A stretch of DNA of 64,000 bases, from NCBI GenBank assembly GCA_038496445.1, contig JALMLS010000577.1, forward strand, positions 434,001-498,000. Direction: 5' to 3'. The notes under the pieces were generated by a model. It made no database searches and had not been told where the DNA came from. It saw only the letters and a list, made by a program, of their open reading frames with translations. A program made the translations under genes and the position numbers. This DNA comes from Trichosphaerium sp. ATCC 40318. Taxonomy: Eukaryota; Protista; Tubulinea. Below are positions 1 to 14,228 of this stretch, one piece after another (positions within the stretch are counted from its first letter, which is position 1; the number at the start of each line of letters is the position of its first letter).

Positions 1-1290
1 TCTCATAATGTATTTCTAGCGATGGCTTTCATTTCAGAAGATGAAGTAGTTGTAACAACACTATTAAGATGGTTTAAAATTAACATTAAAACACTTGAAG
101 TATCAGATTTTGCTTCAAGTATACCATATGGAAGTATACTCTCATCAATGTTCTACGATGATATACCAAGAACTGTTGCCCCTATACCACCTACTCCTGA
201 AGCCCCAGTAGCACCCACTAATATCCCTACACCAGCGCCTGACGGAGGCATTATAGACGTATTCATCATGGCAAAACGAGATGACGCACCGGGGTTTGAA
301 TACAGACTGATTTCAAATACAAGTGACGTAGTAGGTTGTAAGTATTGTTGCTATTCTTTGATCAATTTTAATTCTTATATCAGCTTGTTCTACACCAAGT
401 CTAGTTAGCGCTCCATTTGCAATAGAATACAGTAGTGCTATAGATAAGGTTATATACATCAATAATAATAGCAGGATTTTCACAGTTGATCCGTACACAT
501 GTGAAATAGTATGTTGGTTTTGTTTCTTACACTGCTTCTATTTATAACCGAGTAACCCTTATACAAAGGAAAAAGTTTGTATTATGAGCCTTGGAGCCTT
601 TGGTTTGATGGTAGATAAAGAAAGTGGTAGGATTTTTGGTGAGGCTAGCGGACCATACGTACTAGAGATTAATATGGAAAATTGTTTATTGTCTTTTCAT
701 TGTGGTAATCAAACAACATCTGCAGCTAGTGGTACGTATTTTTGCCTTGTTTGAAGCCAGTTTTTATTATATTTTAACATCTCTCAGGCATGCTCATTAA
801 TGATGTTCTCTACATTGGTGGTGCTAATAACCTGATAAGCAAAGCACCAAACTTTTTATCTGGATCATGTGTTCCAGACAGAGCAGCAACAATACCAGAT
901 TGTAGAATGGCAGGTATGACAACTGTAAATACAGCTTCGAACTTAAACTGTTTTGCAACAAAAGGGTTGACAGCAATATCGAGTGATGTTCTTGTTGGTT
1001 CTTGTAGAAATGGTGACTTAGTTCATATCAATGCTACAACGCTTTCTTTTTTCCAAAGGGAGTTCGATGTAAGTGTTGGTGAGGGGATCTCTGCGTTCAA
1101 ATACAACCCTCCTACAGAAGCGCCAACAACTGCCGCCCCAACTGCATCTCCTTCTACCGAAGCGCCAGTACCTACGCAAGTCCCATCAATTTCACCAACT
1201 GCAACAGTTGCGCCAACTTCAAGTTCAAGAACGGTTGTGTTACGCTTCGGTTTGATTACACTTGGTTTATTCTTCTTGTTCCACTTATAA
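1..1290 (+). CDS. Secreted/cell-surface protein with Pro/Thr-rich stalks and a hydrophobic C-terminal (GPI-like) tail; probably 5'-truncated; introns near 334-383, 509-568 and 732-787
   Basis: ORFs 22-408 and 790-1290 are joined by GT-AG introns; PTPEAP/PTEAP repeats; C-terminus RFGLITLGLFFLFHL. Confidence 0.65.
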
Positions 1291-1494
1291 TAAAAAAAGT
1301 AGTTCTTGTTTGGTTTCGAGCTTCTTTTTTCACAGTTGCAACATCTATTGAGTATCACGCATCGCTAATAAATCGTCCTAGGTGATGTATAGTAGCCCAA
1401 AATAATCGACCTGGGTACGATACACGCTAACTCGAAGTAGAATGTAACCTCTTCAACATTTATAAAATACAATTACAAAATGAGTACATGTTTT

Positions 1495-3465
1495 CTATGT
1501 TTTACTTGTTGCTATTGATCCGCTTATTTGAGATTTTGACTTATTCCTCGCTGTAGAAATGGTATCTCCAAGTTTAGAAGATGTGGCTGAAATACGTTTA
1601 CGAAAGTACCAAACACAATCAGGGAATCTTAGAAATCATTAACCACTAAATAGGAAAAAAAGTGCAAAGTACCCCAAAAAGAAAATAACTGTTAAAATCA
1701 ATGGAAGCTCCAGAGTGCTCCATACCCAAACCTTAATGGGGAAACCTCTGTTATGTCCGTATCCTGAAATAACTTGTACTATTAGAGATAATAAGTAGAA
1801 TAATCCAAGAAGGCATTCTATAACAAGGAAGCAGGACATCTAAAGTGTTGTTAGTAAGTCATGTTCTTATAAATTTTTTTCGAAACGGTTCCTTGCCCTT
1901 ATTAATAGTTCTTCGTATCGTTGCGATCTTCCAGCATCTGTTATCATTTTCCTTACATTACAAACAAGCATCGATCCCGTTATCTAAGTAATGAGTGAGA
2001 TGGTTAAGATGGAAGGTATTTAGTACGCTGTAAAGAATGAGTATAATAATAATTACGAGACCCAACACAAATGTCACAGCCTCGTTTCGGTCTATGCCAT
2101 CAACAAAGCTTCCAACAATAAATAGAATGGCTACTAGTCCATACGTAATCCCAATACATACCAGAGAGAAGCGTAAAACTAGCTTCCTATTCCAGAATTT
2201 TGAAGAAAACGCAGCCAGCTGACCCCTATAGTTCGTTAATTCTTTCGCAAGTTTTTGTGACACCTACCAGTAAGTTATCAATAGCATGAATACAGCTGCA
2301 AGAAAGGCATTGGCTACATTATCAATAACATCTCTAATATCGGTTGGAATGATGCCTTGAGTGGATTGGTAGTCAATTGCATGGACAAACATTCTCACTA
2401 ACTAGCGTATTAGAATAATAAGAAAATTATATCAACAGCGCACACAAAGAAAACGCAGTAGCGCATGCAAGAGAAAGTGTAAGAAGCTCAATGTTGCCTA
2501 TACTTATAACATCCTTGTCTTCATTAATGACATGAATCCAGAGATGACGTATTGTAGCAAGCAGACACAGAATTGACATTACACCAAAAGCAATAGTAAA
2601 AAAGACTAAATAGCCAAGTTGCATATCAAGATATTGCTCATACGACTGTATTACTAGTCAAGAAGTTAGTACAATAAGCAACAAATAATCACACAACTCA
2701 CAGTAAGTACTAGCTTGAAGGAAAGTGACATTGTATCCTGTCATATTGTGTAGAAGTGATCCGTTGCTAATGAATCCAGCAACAATTTTATTACCGATTT
2801 GATGTTTTGGTGGATCTGTTACTTTCTCTAATTCCTCTAGTTTTTTTTATCAAAATTAGAGATAAATTCATTAACAAACACGTGACTGTACATACCTTCT
2901 ACAAAAATAACACCACGTGCGCCTAAATCTGAGAATGCGGCACTTGTAAACAGAAAGTAGTGATGACATTTATCTTTACATTCTGAAGCGCTACCATCCA
3001 TAAAAACAATCTTGCCTGTATTCAGTTGATTAGTTTGGTTCTACAAGCATTTTTAAGCTATTAACAGACTCACCACTCACACTTTCGGTAGGGTCTTCAA
3101 AGCCACATTTTTTGCATTGAACTTCTATGATAGGCGTTAACTTAGCGCATGACCAAAAGGAACTAAGTGTGGTAACAGCGTAAAAAAAGGCAATAGAGCT
3201 ATTTGCGTTATTTTCAGTAGAAGCTAATTAGTTGGCGGAGTTAATGTACCGTACCTACGAGAGGCGCTGTAAAGATGTCACTCGGTTCTTTAACGATTCT
3301 ACCGTAATAGGCATATGTTGAAGTTAGAGGGATATTACTACCTTCTATGCGTAACACCTGCCCCAGACAGGTAAAAATAAGGCTACCACATGATTAGTAA
3401 AGGTTGTAAAACTGCACATACGGTAAAGACACTAGTAATGCTATAAATCTTAAACCACAGTTCAT
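1495..3465 (-). CDS. Multi-pass membrane (GPCR/THH1-like) protein with an N-terminal signal and PA-like ectodomain; multi-exon
   Basis: Spliced: MNCGLRFIALLV..., GKIVFMDG...LGARGVIFVE (PA-domain-like), then several hydrophobic helices (ORFs 2427-2624, 1958-2263, 1639-1839), ending ...SIATSKT*. Confidence 0.6.
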
Positions 3466-3802
3466 AATGTTCTATTTAATGCTATTACACCTTTATACGT
3501 AAGGTTGATTCTTAAAGGGAGATTGAACAATTCAATAAACGTCAACAATAAGTTTTGTGTCGTTTTATTAAAATATGTCCACGTGATTTTTTTTGCGTAT
3601 CACGTGTTGGTAGTTACAGCTTGGTAATTGGTGAATTTTTCAGTTGTTGCAATACACCGTTTGGAACTTTAAGTTTAAGAGCATTTACGAATTCAAACGG
3701 AACTTGCTGCACTTTTTATTGAAACAGGGTTGTAATTTTATTGACAATTTAGGCTACAAAAGGGCTCAAACACTCAATGCTTGGGTTATATTAACAATTA
3801 AA

Positions 3803-6800
3803 TTATGAGATAATAATACGCCTCTCGTGAGGTAATCCAGCTGTGGCTACGCCTCCAACATCATAGAAAGGAATAGCTGTAAGCGTGTGCGGTCCAACAG
3901 ATGGTAGAGTCCAAGGAATAGAATTGCCGGCATTGTCTCCACCAGCAATAAAGTAACCAGCAAAGTTCTCCGTTTGAATGAGAACACCATCGAGATAGAA
4001 CTCAACAGAGTCAACAGAGCCTATAACAGAAACCGTCAGCATTAGAACAAAGAGTCTAGATTGAGGGAATTTTTTTCCTTCTTTAAGCTCGTACCTGATG
4101 TTATGGCTTCAATGGCAATAGACGCAGAGCTTGGTATGACTTGATCGTTACAAACACCGCCAGTTAGATCCTTAGATAGTGCGAATCCTGTAACAGCCGA
4201 TGTTGTGTCTCCACTGAGTTGAACAGGTAAATTAAGAGGGAAACCAGTATCTCCACCAGGGAAGACATCTTTGTAAGGTGTAGCTTTAATAAATACTTCT
4301 GCGAGAATGTCATGATCAGATCCACATTCTGAAGATGGGTATAGAGCAGAAACAGGTAGAGTAAAAGGAGCGCTCTCATCAACACTAAAGAACAAAGAAC
4401 GTCAGCCAAAGAACGAAAGAGTACAAAAATCTTGACTACTTACAATGTGTATGTGGTTCCTCCTTGGAAGCTAACTTCAAACTCCATAGCAACAGCTGGG
4501 TCTACTATCTCTGCTACAAACTCTGCGCCGGATAGAGATCCCATAAGGTCTATAATATTACCAGGGAATAAAGCATCATCGATTTGTACGCCGTCTTTAT
4601 CATTCAAAGAAATACGTGCAGTAGCAGCGCACGTGTCAAATATTGGGTGACCCTCTACAGCAGCAGAGAAAGGATCGTCTTGTGAATTAATTTCAGGGAA
4701 GTGTCTCTTAATCATATCACCAAGAGTTACAGTTTTGATAGCATCAACTTCAGCTAAAGGGAAAAAAAAAGTTAAACCTCGAAGAAAAACAAAAACTCTT
4801 TGTTTTACCTTGTGTTAGCGCAGTCTCTCCGAGAAGTGTTGATACTGGTAAGTTTGGTAGATTCTCAAACCAGAATCTATCTCCATCACGTCCACGTCTG
4901 AATTGCTCAAGGAAGACACGTGATCCAGTACGACCGAGGTTTGAACCAAGTGCTTTCCTTTCGGCCAAGAAAGCCATCCAAGGGTCAACGTGTATCAGTT
5001 TTTCGTACACCTATTTTATAAAAGTAAGCACCAACACTATGAGCTTAGAACAGAATCTACTACTTACAAATTGCATTGGAGCAGAAAGAGTATCATTGTC
5101 TAACCACGAGCTGAAACAACCCAAATCATCAAGACCAGGTGAACTTTCTGTTGACGAACATCCAGGTAAGTTGTAAAGTCTTCCTGGTTCAGGTTCAAGT
5201 CCGTTGAATGTATCAAACACTGTATTCCAAGCTGGTACACCTTCTAACCTTGCACGTGCCATGTTACGAGAAGGAATATCTATTGAAAACAGAATAAGAT
5301 TCCGAAATGACTAAGCAAAGAAAACTTACCAAGCCCAGTGTTTGGGAAACTGAACAGAACATTTCTGAGTGTTGGGTGGACGAGTGTGTCCAAATCTTCA
5401 ATGGCAGTGTAAATTAATGTTCTAACGACATCGGATGACGTTGCAGAACCCATGACCTAGAAATAGCGTTAACCTTGTTGGTACTAGTCGGAACCTTGTC
5501 ATTTTGCAAGCACGTACTTGACGAACGTTGGAGACTCCTCTTGTTCCCAATTGACCGTTGAATCCCTTGAGCAAGTCTCTGTTTCTGCAGTTATCGTACA
5601 TAAGTAGAAAGTTGATAATCGTAGAGTGACCATAGCGTAAAGAAGCAAAAGCATTAATTACTGAAATCTGTCCGTTCACGCTTGGTTTATACCCAGTCCA
5701 TTTACTAAAAGCACGTGTGAATTCACGTGTTTTGGAAGAAAAGACAATACGTACCCGAGATATCTGGCAGTTTGCATATCACCAAGAAGAGCAGTGAGCC
5801 ATTCAGTATGCACCATATGTTGGTATTGACCAATGTTGATATGTCTAGCTTTGACAAACAATTGCTCATCAGTCCAATCTGGATGCTATAACGGAGAGGT
5901 TAGGGAAAGCTAAGAATGCGAAATAAGACTGAGGTGACGTACTTGCGCTTTAAGATTTGCGGCAATGTAATTGTGTTCTTTTACCCACATTAAGTGAACT
6001 GCGGCTAAACCTGTGTTCTCTCCAGCTCTTTCATCACCAGAAACGAAAATCTCTGAGTCTGGATCACTGCCATGAAGACTTCTATCAATAGGAGTTCCTA
6101 CAGATACTTTGAGCAAGCGAGCGCACTAAAAAGACTAGAAGTAAGGTAGTACCTGTTTGGGTTAGAACCAACAAGTTGTCGAAAAGTTTTCTTCTTTCAG
6201 GATCCGAAGTTAAATCACGTTGGTTTGCAGGGTTCCACGTGCTTATGAGCGTATGATCACTCAAACCAAATCTACCGTCGGTAACTACGGTAGTAAGATA
6301 AGTATCACGTTTTTAGTATTTGTTCACGGGTGGCGACGTACAAGAGCGGAACTGGTTCAAGTTAGTTTCATCTCTCCAATAAACAGTAGAGAGATCAAGC
6401 CACCCAGTTTGGCTGTTAATAGGTTGTCTTACGCCGTTTTCATCAGTGATAGCGAAAGATTTACCAGTTCGTATAACACCTGGGTTTTGCTCGTCGAAAG
6501 GCTTTGGGGTTCCATCACGATCTACACAAAAAAACAGAGTGAGTTCCAGAAAATAAACAAAAAAAAAAAGACAACTCGAACAAAAATAAAAAAGGACATA
6601 CTGAAACTGAATGGATCATCTGGTCCTACTGGTATAACCAAGTCTGTAGTTGTGTTTACAGGTCCTCCAACGAAAGGAAACTTCATCGACTGCAAAAAAT
6701 TGGTTAAATAAAATCACAAAAGAATGGGATTCAAAGGAAAAAAAATAATGCCTTTTAGAAGCGTTTAAACTAAATCAAACAAAAAACGATCACACCAACT

Positions 6801-7310
6801 CCGTTTGAGTTTTTTTAATAAATACAGAGCGCACGCTATCTTTACCATAAAACGCACAATAAAAATAGATTATTTTTAATATTAACAAACCACGTGGCTC
6901 ACGCACGTGGTTTGAAGAGAAATAGAAAAAAAAAACGTCTTTGTTGGAAATTTCCGTACAAAAGTGTGGTCATGGGCTACAAACTGACCAAATATCGTAT
7001 GGAATAAGGACACCGTGTTACAAGCAGTTGTATCCTTAGGCGTTGATGAGCTATCCGAAAGAACATTCGTAGCTACTCGAGTAGTACGAGGTGACTCTCT
7101 TGGGATAGAAAGACCGTCCTCATAGAAAGTGCCAACTTTACTACGATAGAAAATTTGCTCTGCTGACCCGCGTTCAATGTCTGTTTGGTGGTTACATCTT
7201 CCTGTAACTGTACGAAGCGCTGCTGTCTCCGCTGGGCACGTGGCCAAAGTAAAGGTGATTATATTGGCTAGTAATACTATTAACAGCAGCTTGTCGCGTG
7301 CCGTTGCCAT
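3803..7310 (-). CDS. Secreted heme peroxidase (peroxidase-cyclooxygenase superfamily) with C-terminal Ig-like domains
   Basis: Signal peptide; RTVTGRCNH; distal GQFVAHD; GDERAGEN; proximal LRYGHSTI; GLDIPSRNMARAR; EQFRRGRDGDRFWFEN; about 10 GT-AG introns. Confidence 0.9.
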
Positions 7311-8841
7311 CTTTGTGTGTTTGTTCTAATTTTGGTTTTTAGTAAATTTGCGTTGACTTTCATTTAATACTTATTCATTGTTTCATTACTCCTAGTAGTA
7401 TATTACTCTTGCAGATACTTGTTTTCGTATGTTCTGATAATTTTAAAATATGGGGGTGTCACGGGATAGAGTTTTTTATGTCATTAAAGTAATTTTTAGT
7501 CAGTTTAAGAAATGGTACATTTCAAACTACGGCACAGTTTTTATAGGTTTTTAAATCTATTGGTTTGGATTATCTTGCCAACATTAGAGGATAATTTAAT
7601 GCCCCGGCTAGCGCGAAGTGATTTGCAGTTTGTAGTTACCAGTGAACGTTACATTTTCCTTTGCTCTTGCAGTTCAAGCGTTGTAGGGCCTTTTTGAGTC
7701 CCCGGTTATTTGGGGTTTTTTCGGACTTCGTCAATTTAACCTGACCATTTCAAAGGAGTTACTGTTATATGCTTATAGCGCGAACTATGCAGGACTACAC
7801 AACATTTTAATTTTATCTTTGAGTGCACCGCTACGTGAACTGCTGTAACGGCCGTTGCATTCAAACCTCTCCAAAAAACGTGATAGGTAGTAATTAATGA
7901 TACAGCAGGGAGGTAGTTAGACCCGTCTCTTGTGTTTGAGTCCACACAAAGTAGAACAAATTTCATAACAAGGAAATTTACCTCGCACTGTAATGAGCCT
8001 AAAGCTCTTTTGGAAAAAACCACGTGACGCACTAGTGTCATAAATAAAGGAATAAAAATAAAAATTTAAAGGAAAACTTCTAAGACCAAAAGACAAACAG
8101 AAATTCAAGACAGTCGGTTAAAAAAGCATTAAAAGCTCTTCTAGGTTACCATAGCACGCATGTATAAACTTTATATCCTAATTTCTTTTAGTCTCAGAAG
8201 ACGCACATGAGATCCAAAATGATCTAAGAAAGAAGCTACTGCACCTCGTTTGTACAGTTTGAGGCGTTGAGGCCTTAGCAAAGTATAAAGGATCTTTTTA
8301 GTAATAAAAACACCTCTATTGCTCACGGGCAAGCAACTAACGAGTTTTGAAATCCAGGCGTTAACGACAAACAGAAAAACTTTTAGATAAAAATTGAAGC
8401 TATTTTAGTGCATCTATTTTCTCATATTCTGAGGTTCCTAGAAGATGACAAGTTAAACCACGTGTAGAGAGTCCTCACTATGATAAATTCTATACGTGGA
8501 ACATAGTTTACGCGCAGAAGCATTTTGTACAACTACGTAGCAACTACTGGCAAATTTTCTACTTAATAACAAGTCAATGAGCTCTATCACTTACTCTACT
8601 GTTCGGCAGTATCAACATAAACAATTACCTACAGTAGAACATGCGCCGATGTCGTCTTCTAACCTTAATAGCTTAACTTGGTGTAAAATCGTTTCAACAC
8701 GACAGAAGTAGTTAACTGTGATCAAATTGAATAAATTGGTGACCCAGAAAGAACGTTTCTTACCTCGAGATTAATACTTAGCTGGAATGCACGTGATGTA
8801 CTTAAATAAGTATTCCAAATAGTTTATTAGGCGTACAAAGC

Positions 8842-9297
8842 ATGTCACAACAAGGAAAAACGAATGTACTCGCGTACAACATCAAACAGAAATCAGGCAT
8901 TACAAAAACAAGAAAAGGGCCTAAAAGAAAGTCTGGTAGGGCTGGAAGGCGCCAAGGTAATTAATAACGCTTATACAAAGCCGTAACGAAAAACATAGGA
9001 ACATCACAGAAACAAGCGCCAGTCGTTATAAAGAAGTCATTTAAGAAGCGTTCAGCAAAGAAACATCGTGTAATTAAACCAAAGCCTCTAAACATGCATA
9101 AAACGCACGCATATATCATTAATTTACTGCTAACGCACCGTTAGGCATGTAAGACAAATGAACAGTGAAATAAACGTACAAATTACAATTACAGTTTCTA
9201 AAAAGCTCTAAAACATATCATAGGAACTAAAACAACAACTTGCAAAAGCCTCACATGAAAACAAAAAGCTCAGACGCATAACGAAAAACACGCTATA
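8842..9297 (+). other. Possible small Lys/Arg-rich coding remnant (spliced gene or pseudogene)
   Basis: MSQQGKTN...KRKSGRAGRRQG followed by TAA TAA (or a GTAATT donor), then K-rich and coiled-coil-like fragments; no clean model. Confidence 0.2.
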
Positions 9298-9904
9298 AAA
9301 AACGATCCAATGTCCACAAAAATAGTACCACACGACGCTCTTGGTACCAAGCAATAGTTTTGGTACCTTTAAAGCCAGATATCATCATCGTAAAGAACGA
9401 ATTACGCATTCTTCAAAAAAAAACAAATAAATGAAGCAAAATAGGTTTCGTTACCTAACACTATTGAGGCTGGTGCTGGTTTCGAATGCTTTTTGCAGTG
9501 ATTTGTCACTACAAAAAAGTGTAATATTGCATTTAAATGAATTTTCATTATGCATTCCATGTTTTAACTGATAGCAGTACACATGTCATTTACCATGACA
9601 CGTTCGTTAACCATACCATCGACTGTACACCGCTCCATAGAAGACCCCAGTGGGACATGGCCTTAGCAAGAAGCACTTATTGATATTGCACATGACTGTT
9701 TTGTAGCACCTCTCGTATTAACAAAAAATTGCTCGCAGTTCTACCATTTCGTTACTGTTTTTTTCACTGAGACATCAAGTAACCTAGGTGCCTGCCAAAC
9801 CCCGGCAAGTTAACATACAAGATGAATTTTTGTGGTATTTTTTATTGTTATTTCAGAAGTACACTGAAAGTAGTTCGTCATTAGTCATTTTTTTTGTTTC
9901 ATTT

Positions 9905-12367
9905 CTAATCTTTATCAAGACGACATAGAGGATTTTTAGTAATGAATTCTAGTTTTGTTGTATGGCCAATAAGGTCCTTGATAGAACCAATACCATATTT
10001 GATCATTGTAGGTCTCTCAAGACTTAGACCCCATGCAATAACACGAACACCTTCTGGAAGACCCATAGGCAACAACATTTCTACAAAAAAACCAATTAGT
10101 ATTTAACAACAACAAACTGCATCTCTTAGAGGCTCTCAAAACTTTTAAAACAACAAATATACACACACGTTCAAGCAGAGACACAACACTTTGCGTGTTC
10201 GAAAATATCAAAAGTTTGAACGGTGTTGGCGGAGAAAGAAATGTCTTTTTTCATATTGGATGAAATGGTTGTGTACCTGGTCTGAACATGCCAGAGTTAC
10301 CAATCTCTACCCATCCTCTTGTTGGATGTTCTCCGAAAATCTCCATTGATGGTTCAGTGTACGGATTGTAAGCAGGCTTGAATTTTACGTCCTTGATACC
10401 TAATCATAGTTTAATAAGAAATCGTCTAGAGACAAAAAAAACGACCACAGACAGCCATCAAAAATGAAGAAAAAAATATTTATATATATATTGTTCTACT
10501 CGTATTGCTAGGAATACGAGCAGTACGCGAGTTCTAAGGGTGATTGATTATCTTACCGATTTTTTTGAAAAATTGTGCAATAAGACCGATGAGGTCAGTT
10601 AGTTTAATGTCAAAGTCAGCAACTAGACCCTCTACTTGGTGGAACTCTGCTAGATGAGTAGCATCTGTTGTTTCGTTTCTGTATACACGATCAATAGAGA
10701 AATATTTCTTTGGTGTGAATTTTTCCTGAGGAAACAAAAAGTTAGCAAAAAGTGAGGAAAAACATTTTCGATTTGTTGTTTGTTCTCAGTTGCTTTGAAC
10801 AAAACCTACCTGTTGTGCTAGTTTGTAGAGCATACGAGATGATACAGCAGTAGTATGTGTACGTAGGATATTCTTTCTACTCTCTTCTTCAGACCAGTCA
10901 TACAACCAACTGCAAATACAGTAAGCGACAAGCCAGTACGATAAAAATTGTGTTTTTTTCAAAGTACAAAAGGATGACTTACCCACGAGAACCGTAGCCA
11001 CCTTCAGAGTGAACCTTTTTGACACGCTCCAAGTAGTCTGTGATATGTAATTTTTAGTAATCTTGAATAATTAGAAAAGTATGTTTACCTTTAGGGATTG
11101 TGTTAGTACGTGCTGGTTTTGACAAGAAGAAAGTATCATGAGCATCACGAGCAGGATGTTGCTGAGGTTGGAACAATGCGTCGAAGTTCCAGAAAGAACT
11201 CTCAACGAAAGCATCAGTAGGCATCTCTTCGAATCTATAATAAGAGTGTACATTAGCGAACATTCAACAACAGAATAGTAACAAACAAGGCAACAAGCAA
11301 AACTCAAAATGGAAGAAAAATAACAAAAACAAAAAAAAAACAAAAGAACAAGCGATTGTCGTACCCCATCTCAATGAAAATTTCACGGAACTCTTTCCTG
11401 ACCTTCAATAGAGGATGTAAATGACCACCAGTGCCTTCTTGACCCAAAGCATGGAAATTGTAGTCTTTGAAATTTGCTTCTTTCCAAGCATCACTAAATA
11501 CATTCCACGTCAACATAGAAACAAACTAAACCGATCCTCGCGGCTTTGTAAACGTACCCTTGAAGCATTTCCATAGTCAAATCGGCGTCATACACAATAA
11601 GACCTCTTTCGAAGTTAGGTCCCTATACTAGTTAATTAAAGCCATAAAGACTCTAATCCGTACCTTCTGTACGGTGTAACCTTTAAGTTGCCTTTTTTTT
11701 TGAGTGTCAGTACAATCGTTGAGTTAAATACTGTCTACGTACTTTTTCTGAGCGTAACCGCGCTTTGTGAGGTCTTTTATTACTTTTGCGGCAAGTTTTT
11801 CTCCTGCGATTAGTTTACGAACTAAATCTGTTACTGGGTCCTCTGGCTCTGCAGGTACGCCTTCAGCACGCGAAAGAATCATTGTTTTGTCCTTTTGTGG
11901 CTCCAAAACAATCCACTTGTTTTTTTTTGCGCTACCAATGGCAGGTCGAAGTAGCTTTACGTCTGGGAACACCGCTGTGATTCTAGGGTCTGTATCTAAC
12001 ATAGGTTCGTCTAGAAGTTTGACTAGTTGAAACTCTGCTGTTCCTATCTCTACACAACTGTGAGGCACTCGTTTACGCTAATTTAAATATTAATACGTAC
12101 TCAACATTTCGTGACCTGCTGGTTTGACTACAACTATTGGTTTCTGCCATAGTTTAGCCGTGACCAAGCCTTGCGAGGTTAAACTCTTAATGCAACCAAC
12201 AACAACTTGGTGATCCAACCCACTGGTTTTAGCATACTCTATGGAGTCTAGCTCTGATTTTGGCTGGTTTAAGTGTTAATCGTATAATTTTGAACATTGC
12301 GAGGCCTAAGCGCTTTTTTACGTACCTTCAGGGCGTCTAATATTGGTTGTAACTTGTCGTCTGCCAT
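9905..12367 (-). CDS. FARSA: Cytosolic phenylalanyl-tRNA synthetase alpha subunit
   Basis: [59 protein letters not shown]...[26 protein letters not shown]; all introns GT-AG. Confidence 0.97.
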
Positions 12368-12559
12368 TCTGTAGATAAATAGATAAACTAACAGCTTTCA
12401 AATTCAGCGTTGGTCACTTTCTCAGTTATTTCTCAGAGAATAATTTTTCAACAAAACGTGAGTGAATTTTTGATTTTATTTATTCGAATACCCAGTAATT
12501 CTCAATAATACCAACACAAGCATCGGCAACTTGAACAAATGAGAAAAGAAGATAGCAAA

Positions 12560-13388
12560 CCAAAAGCAACTTGTGTTCGTCTCCTCAACAGCAAATGCAT
12601 CTGCCTTGTAAAAGCGAGAGAACAGAGTACCTGCTGTGTTGTGGTAACTAATCGTTGTATGGTAGGCAGTCATCTCATCTCTGAATTAAAACTTTTTGGA
12701 CCAAAGTCGTTATACATACATGTGTTAGGTAGACGCTACAACACTAAAGTTCGTGTTAAGACCCTCTCCTGTGAGACTTCTTGTTCGTCCGTGTTTATGC
12801 CACTACTTCTAGACCCTCTACCGGATTTATCACTTGATACTGAAACCACAGATGAAGTGCTTTCGTCTGTTCTTTCACGTGTTGTAATGTAAAATTCTTT
12901 TTTGCCTGTCTTGTCTTTTTTGTATTGCTTTTCTTTCTCACCAATTCTACTCTCTGTCATTATTGACGCGCTTAAAGTTTCGCTGTAGCTATCTATACTA
13001 TTGCTATTGTAGTCCATTTGAGCCTTTTTCGCGGTTCTATCGATGGAGCTGCTTTCGCTTATTTCAAGAACAATTTCTTCGCTTGGGCTTTCAGTTGTAC
13101 TCTCTTGATCTTCCTCGGAGTATGTTATTTTAACTCCATCACTTGTTGTTATACCACTACCGCTCCTACGTGGAAAATTCAGTACGCGTTTATAAAAATA
13201 GTCACGTGACAAGACACGATGAAAATGATTTAAAAAAAAAGTAAATGACGCTATACAAGCGATTTGTTTGGTAGTTGTTATCAATCATACATGATTTGTG
13301 GTTCCACTGTACTGACGTATGATGATATATCACTCGTTTCAGTAAGACTATCGTCGCCTCCATACTTGTTCGCGTCCACAGGTGTCAT
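12560..13388 (-). CDS. Hypothetical Ser/Glu-rich low-complexity protein; exon boundaries uncertain
   Basis: 182-codon open frame at 12736-13284 with S/E/T bias, plus a short upstream exon MTPVDANKY... Confidence 0.4.
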
Positions 13389-14228
13389 AGTATGTGCCTA
13401 CGCAAAGCAAATTTAGAATAGAGACTGAATTCTGTTTAAATACAGAACATCTCCAAATGTTGTATTTTACAACAACTGAAAAGACACCCGCACACGTGAT
13501 GACGCGTATACTGTACAGTATGTGAAATTTCGTTTAAAACAGATGGTACCTTCTCTACTTTACCCGCTACACCTCCTGTATCCTTCTGACTAAAACAACA
13601 ACCCATTGAGTTTATGATATCAGTTCTTTGATGCTTGTGGAATAAAATGCGGTTTAAAGGTTCAGTTTAATAGAATAATACTAATCTCTTCGAAGTATGG
13701 ATTATGTAGTGCTATTGATATGGTAAATATGAACACTCCGTGTATTGCTTTCTTTTGTTCACAACTAGTAACTAAAAGTCCGAGAATAGTCTTACAAAAA
13801 ACTAAAAGATATTTATCATTTAATACTACTTATCACGTGTTGTTCAGTCATCTGCGAGTTTTTGTTTACGGTAATTGTATCTCCGATAAAATGAACCGTT
13901 AGCCACCCCGCATAATTCTAGAGCGCCATAGCCTTAAACAAAACTACGTTCCCAAAAGAGAAATATGAAAATGTCGTTGACATTCAACACTGTCGCCATC
14001 CTTACCAAGCAAGCGTTTAACAGCAATGGTATGTAAAATCCAGTTTTAAATTGTATTTTACCATAAAAACAAGCAAAGTAGGCTTTGAAGAACGTACGCA
14101 CTGTCTTAGCGACGCTATTCAATGCGACACACAAAGTAACTTTCAGAAACAAAAAGTTGGCAACAAGCACGCATTTTATCACAAGGGAAACATAGATACC
14201 ACTACTACGCAAGAACAAATAGCTCGTA

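Noticed and set aside
1938-1978. Apparent GG donor or 28-nt intron
   Set aside because: A canonical upstream intron (AGC|gtacta...acttag|ATA) gives a continuous frame
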